This document shows positions 28,880 to 42,004 of a stretch of DNA of 64,000 nt, one piece after another. Position 1 is the stretch's first letter, and every line of letters begins with the position of its first letter. This DNA comes from Eledone cirrhosa (taxonomy: Eukaryota): the NCBI GenBank assembly GCA_964016885.1, contig OZ024763.1, forward strand, positions 17,608,001-17,672,000. Direction: 5' to 3'. The notes below the pieces were generated by a model, which was given only the letters and a program-made list of their open reading frames with translations, was not told the DNA's origin and did not search any database. Both the position numbers and the translations under genes were made by a program.

Positions 28880-29718
28880 AATGTTTCAAAGGATTTGACA
28901 ACTATGCGGTGTGTTGGTTACATAGCATCAATCCAGCTCCTGCAGATGGTCTTGTTAACATTATTTATCTCCTCAGTGGAGAGCTCTCATCACCTCTGCC
29001 TTGGTCTTTCTTGGTCTACCTTTACTGTAGCTTCTTTCCACTGGGATTTCCATGCACATAACATGTCTGTACCAACACAGTCTTCTCTCTTGTATACCAA
29101 TTCGGATTCCTCTTAAACCAAGCTCTTCCTTTCTCTCAAATTAACATTGCATATCCAAAGAAACATGGTTGCTTCATTCCTCTTCAGACACTTCACACAC
29201 AGGCGTCATACCGTCATCCTTTTGTATCTGGAGAGAAACCTTTTGTTGTCAACAGTGAAAGTAGATCTTTAAACTTCATGCATCTTATCCTTATTCTAGC
29301 TATTAATCTCTCAGAGCACCCTCCTCGGCTCCTAATTAGGTCTGTCACCTAGATAACAGAAGCTATCAACCACTTCTATGAATCTTTCATGTGATTGAAA
29401 AAGATTTATATCACTGACACTCTTCTCCTTGACTACTCCTGTGCATCTTCTACATACAAAGTCTTCCCTTCCTGTTAGTCTACCTGATATTCCACTACAT
29501 CTCTTTCATACACAACATTTACACTGTGCACATCTTATAGAGTTTATACCTACTCCTTTTCTACATATGGAGTAGGGCCACTTCCCTGGAGGGATCAGGG
29601 TCCTATCTTCTTTCCTATTCACTAGCAAGCACTTTAGTTTTAGCTAAGTTTAATCTCAGACCTTTTTATTCAAATTCTGTTTCCATAGTCAGAACTAATT
29701 CTTTTATGGATTCCGCTA
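28880..29718 (-). mobile_element. Older RTE LINE fragment (RT/C-terminal region), split by a Helitron
   Basis: Collinear with 24500-25430; sequence resumes at 30523. Confidence 0.8.
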
Positions 29719-30522
29719 TCTACTGTAAATTACTAAAACAGAGAATGTCTGTCTGTCTGTCTGTTTAATCACTAAAACTCGAGAACCACCCAACCAAGTT
29801 TTTTCAAACTTTACACATGTAATACTTATGTGAGTGTTTTGAGCAAAATAATTTTAAATTTTCAATGCCCTAGGGACCGCATTAGGTGATTTAGCGATCT
29901 CTCCCTATAATTCGTAGTCTTTCTCTTTTTAGATAGATACATAGATATAACGTTGCGCCTTTATAATATCTGTCTGTATGCCTGGCTGTCTGCATTATGT
30001 CATTATGGCGGTGTGTGTGTATATCTATATATAGTGTGTGTGTATATATATATAGTGTGTAACGTTTTTCGAAATATTTACTTCTGCGTTCACAGATTGA
30101 TTATTTTAGTTTCAGAAGATCCCGTTAAGGGTGAAAGCAGCGATTCTTTGCTTAAACTTTAATCTGTTATTTTAATATATATGTATATATAATTATATAT
30201 TCGTGTACAGATATTTTTGCATACACATATAAACAAAATATAAACAAAAGTATTGATTTACTTTGAACGGAAAAAAACCCTGGTAATGTACGACAGATTT
30301 TTTTTATAAGCAGAAAATGTAGAACCCAACCCAAGGCCGAGGTATTTCGTATTTCTCTGTACTGTTATTTATATATTCGTGTACAGATATATGATGATGA
30401 TGATGATGAATAACAAAATATAAACAAATGTATTTACTTCACGAGGCTCGAGAAGGATAAATATATATCAAATATATAAGAACCCTAGAGCAAATCCCAA
30501 GCAGCGCCAGGCCATCTTTTAG
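29719..30522 (+). mobile_element. Non-autonomous Helitron
   Basis: 5' TC after A, (GTCT)n near the 5' end, 3' hairpin CCCAAGCAGCGCCAGG then TTAG before T; no TSD; removing it rejoins the RTE sequence GATTCCGCTA|TAAG; second copy at 60424-61192. Confidence 0.85.
30092..30167 (+). ncRNA. Hammerhead-like fold with variant core CAGAAGA, inside the Helitron
   Basis: acagattga-bulge-agttt-CAGAAGA(30113-30119)-t.ccc/ggg.t-GAAA-gca..tgc-TT-aaact-ttaatctgt. Confidence 0.6.
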
Positions 30523-30845
30523 TAAGGAGTAAATCATTCGCAGAATTCCAGGAGTCTCAGCCCCTCTTCATTCCTTCAGCCATAAGCCATAACTATAGCC
30601 ACCATGAACTCCAGTGAATCCATCCTGGTACTGCCACACATGTCCATTAAAGTCACCTGCCAGGATGATGAGGTCTCTTTCATCAATACCTGAGTGTGCC
30701 AGTAAAAGTTCCTCATAAAACCTGTCCCTTTGTTCTCTACACAGTCCTACCTGCAGAGCATAAGTAGATGTAATTGATACCATTCTATTTCCTACAGCTA
30801 TTCTAAGTTTGAAAATTCTGTCACTTACTCTAACTACCTGCTTCC
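30523..30845 (-). mobile_element. RTE LINE fragment including part of the AP endonuclease
   Basis: VSDRIFKLRI..STYALQVG..IILAGDFNGHV, typical APE motifs. Confidence 0.85.
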
Positions 30846-31755
30846 CAGGGCATGGATACATTGAAGCTCCAACGCCTGGCAACTGACTTGGTAAACGCCC
30901 ACAAAATTGTTAACCATCTTGCCAACAACAACCCTGAGTACCTTTTTGATTTCCATGTGTCTAACACACGTGGGCATGCCCACAAAGTCAGAAAACAGCA
31001 CAGCTCCCATGACTTTCGGAAATATTTTTTCACGCTCAGAGTTGCTGAAGCATGGAACAAACTACCTGCATCAGTTGTTAGCTGTCGAGACACTGCATCC
31101 TTTAAAACCTCCATGAAACAAACTACCTGCATCAGTTGTTAGCTGTCGAGACACTGCATCCTTTAAAACCTCCATGAAACAAACTACCTGCATCAGTTGT
31201 TATCTGTCGAGACACTGCATCCTTTAAAACCTCCATGGAACAAACTACCTGCATCAGTTATTAGCTGTCGAGACACTGCATCCTTTAAAACCTCCATAGA
31301 ACAAACTACCTGCATCAGTTGTTAGCTGTCGAGACACTGCATCCTTTAAAACCTCCATGGAACAAACTCCCTGCATCAGTTGTTAGCTGTCGAGACACTG
31401 CATCCTTTAAAACCTCCATGGAACAAACTACCTGCATTAGTTGTTAGCTGTCGAGACACTGCATCCTTTAAAACCTCCATGGAACAAACTACCTGCATCA
31501 GTTATTAGCTGTCGAGACACTGCATCCTTTAAAACCTCCATGGAACAAACTACCTGCATTAGTTGTTAGCTGTCGAGACACTGCATCCTTTAAAACCTCC
31601 ATGCTGCCCGAGATTCGCCAACACTACACCTAATGTTCCCCCTCCATACACATACACACATGTATATCATGACTCATACACTATTCACTTCCCTGACATT
31701 TGTATATTATTCTATGTACTATACATGCATTTTTGACGAGTTGTAGTGCACCATA
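30846..31755 (+). mobile_element. CR1-type LINE 3' end with a 61-bp segment repeated 9 times
   Basis: L..RL..DL..HKI..TRGH..K...RKYFFTLRVAEAWNKLPASVV..SFK; CATG recurs every 61 bp from 31051 to 31600. Confidence 0.85.
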
Positions 31756-32109
31756 TATGTGTGTGTGTGTGTGTGTGCGCGCGCATGTGTATATATATAT
31801 ATATGTATGTATATGTATATATATATATATGTATGTATGTTTATGTATATATTTATATACATATATATAGGTGTGTATATACATATGCATATGTATATAT
31901 GTGTATGTAAATATATGTATATATATATATGTATGTATATATACATATGTATATATACATATGTATATATACATATGTATATATGTATATGTATATATAT
32001 GTGTATATATACATATATATATGCATATATATATGTGTGTATATATATGTATATAGATCTATATATATATGTATATATATATGTGTGTATATATATATAT
32101 ATATGTATG

Positions 32110-32142
<33 letters not shown>

Positions 32143-32153
32143 GTATCTATATA

Positions 32154-32214
<61 letters not shown>

Positions 32215-32383
32215 CTATATATAGATGTGTGTATATATATATGTATATATATATATGTATATATATATGTATCTATATATATATGTGTGTATATATATAT
32301 ACATAGGAGGTGAGTTTTATTGTAGCACAATAAAGCAATGCAAATATCGGTTAAGAAGCACTCAACAGTTTATAGGGCTGGAG

Positions 32384-32600
32384 TATAAATAATATAAAAT
32401 AAAAAGATGGTTAAAAGAGTTCCATGTATTTTATTATGCGCATTTCAAAAACAAATATCATCATGGGATGATATTTGCATTTTCATCAGATATCTGATGA
32501 GAACGCAAATATCATCCAATGATGATATTTGTTTTTGAAATGCGCATAATAAAATACATGGAACTCTTTTAACCATCTTTTTATTTTATATTATTTATAT
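32384..32600. ncRNA. Palindromic PLE-like remnant with an HHR core on each arm
   Basis: + arm: CTGATGA(32494-32500)-caaatatcatc/gatgatatttg-GAAA(32537)-tgcgca-TA-ataaaa; mirrored on the minus strand; centre about 32491 truncates stem I. Confidence 0.8.
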
Positions 32601-32771
32601 ATATATAGAGGGTCGGACGCCATGCTTTAATGCATAGAGTTACGGCCCTTGCCATTCTGAGTTCAAATCCCGCTGAGGTTAACTTTGCCTTTCATCCTTA
32701 CGGGGTCGATAAAATAAAGTACCAGTAATACACTGGGTAATTGCTGGCCTTGTGCCAAAAAGTAGAAACAA

Positions 32772-32825
<54 letters not shown>

Positions 32826-32897
32826 GTTATTCCGGGTTGAATCGGAGGTAACCACAGTAAGTAAGGTACTCAATATATAGCAGAGTATAAAAGTTTT

Positions 32898-33012
32898 AAT
32901 ATAGATGAGATTCTACAGGACTAGAACTGTTTCATTCATTAGAAATCATCAGGAATCAGAGATTCCTGATGATTTCTAATGAATGAAACAGTTCTAGTCC
33001 TGTAGAATCTCA

Positions 33013-33022
<10 letters not shown>
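32898..33022. ncRNA. Palindromic PLE-like remnant with two HHR folds (+ copy 32959-33011)
   Basis: gagattc-CTGATGA-t.ttc/gaa.t-GAAA-cag..ctg-TA-gaatctc; mirror copy at 32908-32957; related fragment at 49860-49963. Confidence 0.82.
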
Positions 33023-33041
<19 letters not shown>

Positions 33042-33043
<2 letters not shown>

Positions 33044-33416
33044 CAATATTAAATAAATGGAAAACTATATTTATAAAACCATATTTATTTCATTATATAT
33101 ATTTCGGGGATATCATATTAACAATATGCTATGCCTTCATCAGACAAAATACAATATAAACAGTTTTATAGATAAATATATTCGACATACCGTAATAAAC
33201 ATCAACTTCATTTGAAGAGGTTTACTCTAGCAGTTTACTCTTCAAATGAAGTTGATGTTTATTACGGTATGTCGAATATATTTATCTATAAAACTGTTTA
33301 TATTGTATTTTGTCTGATGAAGGCATAGCATATTGTTAATATGATATCCCCGAAATATATATAATGAAATAAATATGGTTTTATAAATATAGTTTTCCAT
33401 TTATTTAATATTGTAA
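33042..33416. ncRNA. About 375-bp palindromic PLE-like remnant with an HHR on each arm (+ copy 33306-33371)
   Basis: tattttgt-CTGATGA(33314-33320)-catatt/aatatg stem II-GAAA(33352)-tatata-TA-atgaaata; arms about 178 bp, nearly identical. Confidence 0.82.
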
Positions 33417-33669
33417 ATATACTCCAAATATTTGTCGAGTGCTTTTATATCAGTTATAAATATTTACTAGTTGTAACCCAACAATTTTAAATATAACTTT
33501 ACATATATATATATATATATATGTTTGTGTGTGTGTATATATATATGTATATATGTGTGTGTATATATGTATATGTGTATATATATATATATAGGTATAT
33601 ATATATTGTATGTGTGTATATATGTATATGTGTATATATATATATATGTATATATATATTGTATATGTG

Positions 33670-33714
<45 letters not shown>

Positions 33715-34059
33715 ATATATATATACATATATATATAAATGTGTGTGTATATATATGTATATGTATATGTCATCATCATCATCATCACCGTTTTACGTCC
33801 ATTCTTCCATGCTAGCATGGGTTAGACGGTAAATATATATATATCAATATATATATATATATATATATAGTAATAATAATAAATTTGAAGACTAAATCCA
33901 AAGAGGGCTCGATAAGGATAAATATATATCAAATATATAAGAACCGTAGAGCAAATATTTATTAAAATAACAGATTAAAGTTTAAGCAAAGAATCGCTGC
34001 TTTCACCCTTAACTAACAAAGTCAATCTGTAAACGCAGAAGTCGATATTTCAAAAAACA

Positions 34060-34090
<31 letters not shown>

Positions 34091-34319
34091 TTATATAGAC
34101 ATATATATATATTTATATATACATACATATATATGTATGTATATATATTATCTCACATAATATTGAATCTATGAGATTTTGATATTATTTATTTTGAGAA
34201 TAATACCTTAACAGATATATATATACATAATATATATATATGTATATATATTTATATATATATATAATATATATATGTATATATATATATATATTTATAT
34301 ATATGTATGTATATATATT

Positions 34320-34380
<61 letters not shown>

Positions 34381-34499
34381 TACTATGACAGTAGAAGACA
34401 ATTAATCTTGAGTAATTAGAAAATTAATTGTTAAATTATTTATATTTTGTTATTTATTTTTGTGTTTGGATTAGTTTTGTAAGCAAAGAGATTAATTCT

Positions 34500-34920
34500 C
34501 ACAGCCTTGTGTACACACACACACACAGCCTTGTGTACATGTACACACAGCCTTGTGTACACACACACACACAGCCTTGTGTACATGCACACACAGCCTT
34601 GTGTACACACACACACACATAGCTTTGTGTACACACACACACACACAGCCTTCTGTACACACACACACACCCTTGTGTACACACATACACCCTTGTGTAC
34701 ACACATACACACCCTTGTGTACACACACACACCCTTGTGTACACACTTACACCCTTGTGTACATATACACACCCTTGTGTACACATACACACCCTTGTGT
34801 ACACACACACACGCCCTTGTGCACACATACACACATACACCCTTGTGTACACACACACAGCCTGGTGTACACACACACTCACACACACACACCCTTGTGT
34901 ACACACACTCAGACACACAC
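34500..34920. repeat. CA-derived minisatellite (CCTTGTGTACACACA..)
   Basis: Seen directly. Confidence 0.9.
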
Positions 34921-35069
34921 GGAAGATGGAGTGTGTGAGGGAAGAAGGAGAATAAGAAAAGAAATAAAAGACATGTCTAGCTAACCATATAAGGTAGGAA
35001 TGTCTGAAACCTCGTTCTGAATCTGGAATTAAGAGAGCAAATACGTTTGTTATAATTTTTGGGCCTTAA

Positions 35070-35547
35070 CCCTTTAGCATTTACATTATTCTATATATAC
35101 TACTGTATTTTTGTGGTAAAGTCTTTATCTCACATAATATCGGATCTACAAGATTTTGATGTTATATATTTTGAGAACAATACCTTAACATAAGTATGAG
35201 TGGCCAGTTATGTTCGGTTTGAACAGAAAGCAGTGAGAGAATTTTGGACAGATATGGTCAGTTTAAATGCTAAAGGATTTAACCCTTTACCATTTACATT
35301 ACTCTATATATACTATTATATTTTCACGGTGAAGGCTTTACCAAGCATAATTATCTCACATAATATCGAATCTATGAGATTTTGATATTATTTATTTTGA
35401 GAATAATACCTTAACATCAGTATAAGTGGCTGGTTACAGCCAGTTTGAACAGAAAGAGGTGAGAGAATTCTGGCCGGATATAGCCAGTTTGAACAGAAAG
35501 AGGTGAGAGAATTCTGGCCGGATACAGCCGGTTTAAATGCTAAAGGG
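35070..35547. mobile_element. Two tandem piggyBac-like MITEs sharing a TTAA
   Basis: TTAA|CCCTTTAGCATTTA...TAAATGCTAAAGGG|TTAA; TTAA at 35066, 35279 and 35548. Confidence 0.85.
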
Positions 35548-36139
35548 TTAAACAGCCTTTAATTGTTATTCATAGGATAGTCTATGGCATAGTGGTTAGA
35601 GCATTGGGCTTGCAATGGAAAGGTTGTGAGTTCAATTCTCAGACCGGGTGATGTGTTGTTTCCTTGGGCAACACACTTTATTTCACGATGCTCCAGTTTA
35701 CTCAGCTGGGGGTCCCTATCATTAAATCACTCAAAACACCTCCAACGAGATATACCTTGGAGGAGGCCAGCTAAAACCTGCATAGGAGTGAGCTGTCATA
35801 GGATAGTCTTACAGAACAGGTCAGAACTAGAGGACTAAGCCTCGGTAAAAATCCTGCTTGTCTCATATTAAACAGTAGTCCATGTGACAATCATCAGTTT
35901 AATTAAATGACCTCAGTGTCATGAACACCAGGAACTTCACAGATAATTGACTATTAATACAACAAGGGGTTGACACAACTGCTTCAGTTAGTGGAGCTAT
36001 CTATGAGTATGTAGGTGTAGTGAGCTATATAAATTGTAGCCATTAGAGAAAGTAAAATGAATGCTTCACCTTCAATGGGGGGAAGACGGAAGAAGTGTTG
36101 TGTTCAGAAATTGGAGGATAGCTAATTGGTAGATTAATT

Positions 36140-36905
36140 CTACTACACACCAGACATGTATTTATACACACCAGATGTGTATAGCTACACACTAGATATG
36201 TATTTATACACAATAAATGAGTATCCCTTACAACAGATGTGTATTTTTATACAACAGATGTGTATGTCTACACAATAAATGTGTATATCTACACAACAAA
36301 TGTGTATATCTACATAACAAATTTGTATATCTACACAGCAGATGTATGTTTCAACACAGTAAAGGAGTATTTCTACGCAACAGATGTGTGTCTGAGTATT
36401 TCTACACAACAGATGTGTGTCTCCACACAACAGATGTGTATTTCTACACAACAGATGTGTTTTTCTAAACAACAGATGTGTATTTCCACAAAACAGATGT
36501 GTATTTCCACACAACAGATGTGTAATTCCAAACAACAGATGTGTAATTCCAAACAACAGATGTGTATTTCCACACAACAGATGTGTATTTCCACACAATA
36601 TGTCTCCACACAATAGATGTGTATCTCCACACAACAGATGCGTATTTCCACACAGCACATGTGTATTTCCACACAACCGATGTGTATTTCCACACAACCG
36701 ATGTGTAATTCCACACAACAGATGTGTATTTCTACACAACATGTCTCCACACAACAGATGTGTATCTCCACACAACAGAAATGTATTTCCACACAACAGA
36801 TGTGTAATTCCACACAACATATGTGTATTTTCACACAACCGATGTGTAATTCCACACAACAGATGTGTATTTCCACACAACAGATGTATATTTCCACACA
36901 ACAGA
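36140..36905. repeat. 21-bp minisatellite CACACAACAGATGTGTATTTC
   Basis: Seen directly. Confidence 0.9.
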
Positions 36906-36994
36906 TCTGTATGTCTTTTTTAATCATGCAGTAGTTCATGAATTTCAATGAAATTCTGTGGTGAAAACCATTTAAATGTTATTTAGGAATAGTA

Positions 36995-37024
36995 TGTGTG
37001 TCTGTCTGTGTGTATGTGTGTGTC

Positions 37025-37068
<44 letters not shown>

Positions 37069-38400
37069 TGTGTGTATGTGTGTGTGTCTGTCTGTGTGTA
37101 TGTGTGTGTGTCTGTGTGTGTGTCTATATGTGTGTATGTGTGTGTGTGTCTGTGTGTCTGTGTGTGGATGTGTATGTGTGTATGTCTGTGTTTATGTGTG
37201 TGTGTGTGTGTGTGTGGATGTGTGTGTGTCTGTGTGTCTGTGTGTGTGTCTGTATGTGTGTGTATGTGGGTGTGTCTGTGTGCGTGTGTCTGTGTGTGTG
37301 TCTGTGTATGTGTGTGTCTGTATGTGGGTGCGTCTGTGTGTGTGTATGTGGGTGCGTCTGTGTGTGTGTATGTGGGTGTGTCTGTGTGTGTGTGTGTGTA
37401 TGTGTGTGTGTGTGCGTCTGTGTCTGTGTGTGTGTGTGCGTCTGTGTGTGTGTGTGCGTCTGTGTGTGTGTGTGTCTGTGTGTGTCAAATTGACAACAAA
37501 TTTGATTTCTGTATTTATTTGATACAATTACCTTGCAGAGAACTTCTCTCTGGCTATTGCATTATATTCCTAGGTTATCATACTTAGTCACTTATTCACA
37601 ATTACTGGTTATTGTGGGCTGGGGGGGGGGGGGTCAGTGTGAGAGAGAGAGAGTGTCAGTGTGGGAGAGAGAGTGTGTGGGGGGAGGGGCTGAGTGAGAG
37701 AGAGTGTGTGGGGGGAGGGGCTGAGTGAGAGAGAGTGTGTGTCAGTTTGTGAGAGAGTGTCAGTGTGTGTGAGAGAGTGTGTCAGTGTGAGAGAGAGAGT
37801 GTGTCAGTGTGTGAGAGAGAGTGTGTCAGTGTGGGAGAGAGAGAGGGTGTGTGTGTGGGGGGTGGGTGAGAGAGAGTGTGTGTCAGTTTGTTTGTGAGAG
37901 AGAGTGTGTCAGTGTGGGAGAGAGAGTGTGTGGGGGAGGGGCTGAGTGAGAGAGAGTGTGGGGGGGGAGGGGCTGAATGAGAGAGAGTGTGTGTCAGTTT
38001 GTGAGAGAGAGTGTGTCAGTGTGTGTGAGAGAGTGTGTCAGTGTGAGAGAGAGAGTGTGTCAGTGTGTGAGAGAGAGTGTGTCAGTGTGGGAGAGAGAGA
38101 GGGTGTGTGTGGGGGGGGGGGGGTGTCAGTTTGTTTGTGAGAGAGAGTGTGTGTGAGAGAGAGTGTGTCAGTGTGTGTGAGAGAGTGTGTCAGTGTGGGA
38201 GAGAGAGAGGGTGTGGGGGAGCTGAGTGAGAGAGAGTGTGTGTCAGTTTGTGAGAGAGAGAGTGTGTGTCAGTGTGTGAGGGAGAGTGTGTGAGATAGAG
38301 TATTTGTGTGTGTATGTGTGAGAGAGTGTGTATCAGTGTGTGTGTGTCTGTGTGTGTGAGAGAGTGTGTCTGTGTGTGTGAAAGAGAGTGTGTGTGTGTG
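36995..38400. repeat. (TG)n and (GA/GT)n low-complexity tracts with a short unique spacer
   Basis: Seen directly. Confidence 0.9.
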
Positions 38401-38608
38401 TGCGTGCCACGGCAAAAAAGCACCCAGCACTCACTGTAATGAGGTTGGTGTTAGGAAGGGCATCCAGCTGTAGAAATCAAGCCAGAATCAGTTCCCGTCC
38501 CACCCTTGCAAGCAGGGAAAAGCGGACGTAAAATGAAATGATGATGAAATGATATATATGTGTGTATGTATGTGTATATATATATATATATATATGTGTA
38601 TGTATGTG

Positions 38609-38645
<37 letters not shown>

Positions 38646-38805
38646 GTGTGTATGTATGTGTATACATACAGCGCATCGGTAGGGGTTCTCCTACATAGAT
38701 ATAAAGTAGTGGCCGTACTCGAAAACGAGTTGGCAGCCACCATATATATATATATACATATATATATATATGTATGTATGTATGTATGTGTGTATATCTA
38801 TATAC

Positions 38806-38837
<32 letters not shown>

Positions 38838-39097
38838 GTATGTATATATATATATGTGTGTATGTGTATATATATATATATACACACAAACACATATATA
38901 CATATATACAAGCATGTGCATGTGAGGCTGGAGGGGGGATGGGAAAGCATTGTAAAGTACATAAGTACCTATAAACCGTAAATCACTTAGTCCAATGATC
39001 CTTTATCTAATATTTAAATTTACAGAAATATTTAACCCACGTTAGCAAAGAAACACCACGAAAACATCGTAAATAAAGACACAAAAATAACGACAAT

Positions 39098-39740
39098 AAT
39101 TGTTTCTACTTTAGGCACAAGGCTAGCAATTCCCCAGTGCATTACTGGTACTTTATTTTATCAACCCCGTAAGGATGAAAGGCAAAGTTAACCTCGGCGG
39201 GATTTGAACTCAGAATGGCAAGGGCCGTAACTCTATGCGTCAAAGCATGGCGTCCGACCCTCTACCGATACTGCCAAATAATAACAATAATTGTTTCTAC
39301 TTTTGGCACAAGGCCAGCAATTACCCCAGTGCATTACTGGTACTTTATTTTATCGACCCTGTAATAATTGGTTCTACTTTCGGCACAAGGCCAGCAATTA
39401 CCCCAGTGCATTACTGGTACTTTATTTTATCGACCCTGTAATAATTGGTTCTACTTTCGGCACAAGGCCAGCAATTACCCCAGTGCATTACTGGTACTTT
39501 ATTTTATCGACCCTGTAATAATTGTTTCTACTTTTGGCACAAGGCCAGCAATTATCCCAGTGCATTACTGGTACTCTATTTTATCGACCCTGTAATAATT
39601 GTTTCTACTTTTGGCACAACGCCAGCAATTATCCCAGTGTATTACTGGTACTTTATTTTATCGACCCCGTAAGGATGAAAGGCAAAGTTAACCTCGGCTC
39701 GGCGGGATTTGACCTCAGATTGGAAATGGCCGTAACTCAA
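39098..39740 (-). mobile_element. Family B SINEs, one with its 77-bp 3' segment repeated about 5 times
   Basis: 77-bp periodicity across 39285-39670. Confidence 0.85.
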
Positions 39741-39757
39741 TAATAATAATAGTAATA

Positions 39758-39798
<41 letters not shown>

Positions 39799-40283
39799 GA
39801 AATAAAATAAAATAAAAAAATATATATATCTATATTTATATAAAATAAAAAAAATACTATACAATAAAAAACGTAAAACAAAAAAAAAATCAACAGCAAT
39901 TTCTTAGCAGAAATAATATACGGCTGTTCGTTGTGCTTCTTGCAGTATTATGGCTATTGCAAAGTAAATTATGTAAAGAGCTGTTTATATTTTACTAAAC
40001 CAGGTCTGGAAATCAGATGGTAATTGTGGGGAAAATTCAATGAGAAAGTCTCCAGGAAATTCTTTACTGTTTTTCTAATAATTCTTTGCCTTTCATCGTA
40101 AATTTTGAAAGAGATTGAAAGATGTAAAAATTGTTTGTCACATGTAACAGCAGACCACAGTTAACTACCTGAATGAAGTATATAAGTGAATAAAAGGTAA
40201 TTGCTTCAGTATATGTGTGTCTATGCATATATATATGTGTGTGTGTATATATGTGTATATATGTGTGTGTGTGTATATATATA

Positions 40284-40336
<53 letters not shown>

Positions 40337-40418
40337 ATATATATATGTGTGTGTGTGTATATATGTTATATGTGTGTGTGTGTGTATATATATGTGTGTG
40401 TGTGTATATATGTGTGTG

Positions 40419-40473
<55 letters not shown>

Positions 40474-40516
40474 GTGTGTGTGTGTATATATATATATGTG
40501 TGTGTGTGTGTATGTG

Positions 40517-40609
<93 letters not shown>

Positions 40610-40704
40610 ATGTATGTGTATAAGAGTTAACCTAATATATTCCTTCCATATACTGTACCGATTGTGTTATTATTTCTGTTTATCTTTTTTACATATAAAT
40701 ATGA

Positions 40705-40829
<125 letters not shown>

Positions 40830-41171
40830 AGCGTTAACCTAATATATCCCTTCCATATACTGTACCGATTGTGTTGTTATTTCTGTCTACCTTCTATATA
40901 TATACATATATGTGTGTGTTAAGTATTTCCGAAGAAAAAGCAAAGGAAAAAAGAGTGCTCTATGTATAAAACAGAGCTATTTAATTAGACAGTGAACAAC
41001 ACAATATATAACTACTCCATCTCTGTCTGATGAATGATACAGACGTATATTAATATTATCAGTGATGCATCTGGACTTAGTTTATTTCGTGTTACAAATG
41101 TTTGAAAATCGAGGAACCACCATAGCTACCACTATACACAAATATATATATATATATATATATTTATATAC

Positions 41172-41271
<100 letters not shown>

Positions 41272-41503
41272 GATATGATTCCAGTTCCTCAGAGAAATAA
41301 CAACGCAACTAGGAGCTGGACATATCGGAGTATTGATGGAGTAAAACACACTTAAACAACATGTGTACCCATCTCTACCACACCATTTTGAACTGCCTGA
41401 AGAGGTCACAGCGAATGATGGCTGTCACCGAAATATATATAGCAGTATATCTACAATTTATAATAAACGAAGCCAAATTTTACCTATTTGACTTAATTAT
41501 TTT

Positions 41504-41560
<57 letters not shown>

Positions 41561-41570
41561 AACAAGTAGG

Positions 41571-41666
41571 ACCCCGACGGCTGAGCTCAAGCCGTTTCGA
41601 CGGCTAATTCTGGACTAAATGAAAATTTTTATCCTGGTATTTGAATAGCCGAGCTCCTCAGGGGGT
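41571..41666 (-). ncRNA. Complete type-I hammerhead ribozyme fold with a GUC cleavage triplet
   Basis: Minus strand: acccc-CTGAGGA-g..cggcta/tagccg..c-GAAA-cggct(tgagctc)agccg-TC-ggggt. Confidence 0.87.
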
Positions 41667-41938
41667 AATTCCATATATGGTAAAAGTGATTGTCACAAGG
41701 ATTGGTCAAAAGTTTGTTGTTGAGACATAATAATTCTATCATGGCAATTTGTGGAGGGAAGGTGTAGCTGAACCTGCCAGTAATATATATATATATATAT
41801 ATATATATGCAAAAGTTTTATTTAAAATTGTTGGGTTACAACGAGTAAATATATTATAACTGATATAAAGCACTCAACAAGTTTTGGAGTAGATATACGA
41901 TATTAAACAAATGGAAACTATATTTATAAAACCATATT

Positions 41939-42004
41939 TATTTCATTATACATATTTCAGGGATACCATATTAAAAATATGGTATGCCTTCTTCAGATAA
42001 AATA
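41939..42004 (-). ncRNA. Minimal type-I hammerhead fold (family of 33042-33416)
   Basis: Minus strand: tattttat-CTGAAGA-ataccatatt/aatatggtat-GAAA-tatgta-TA-atgaaata. Confidence 0.8.
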
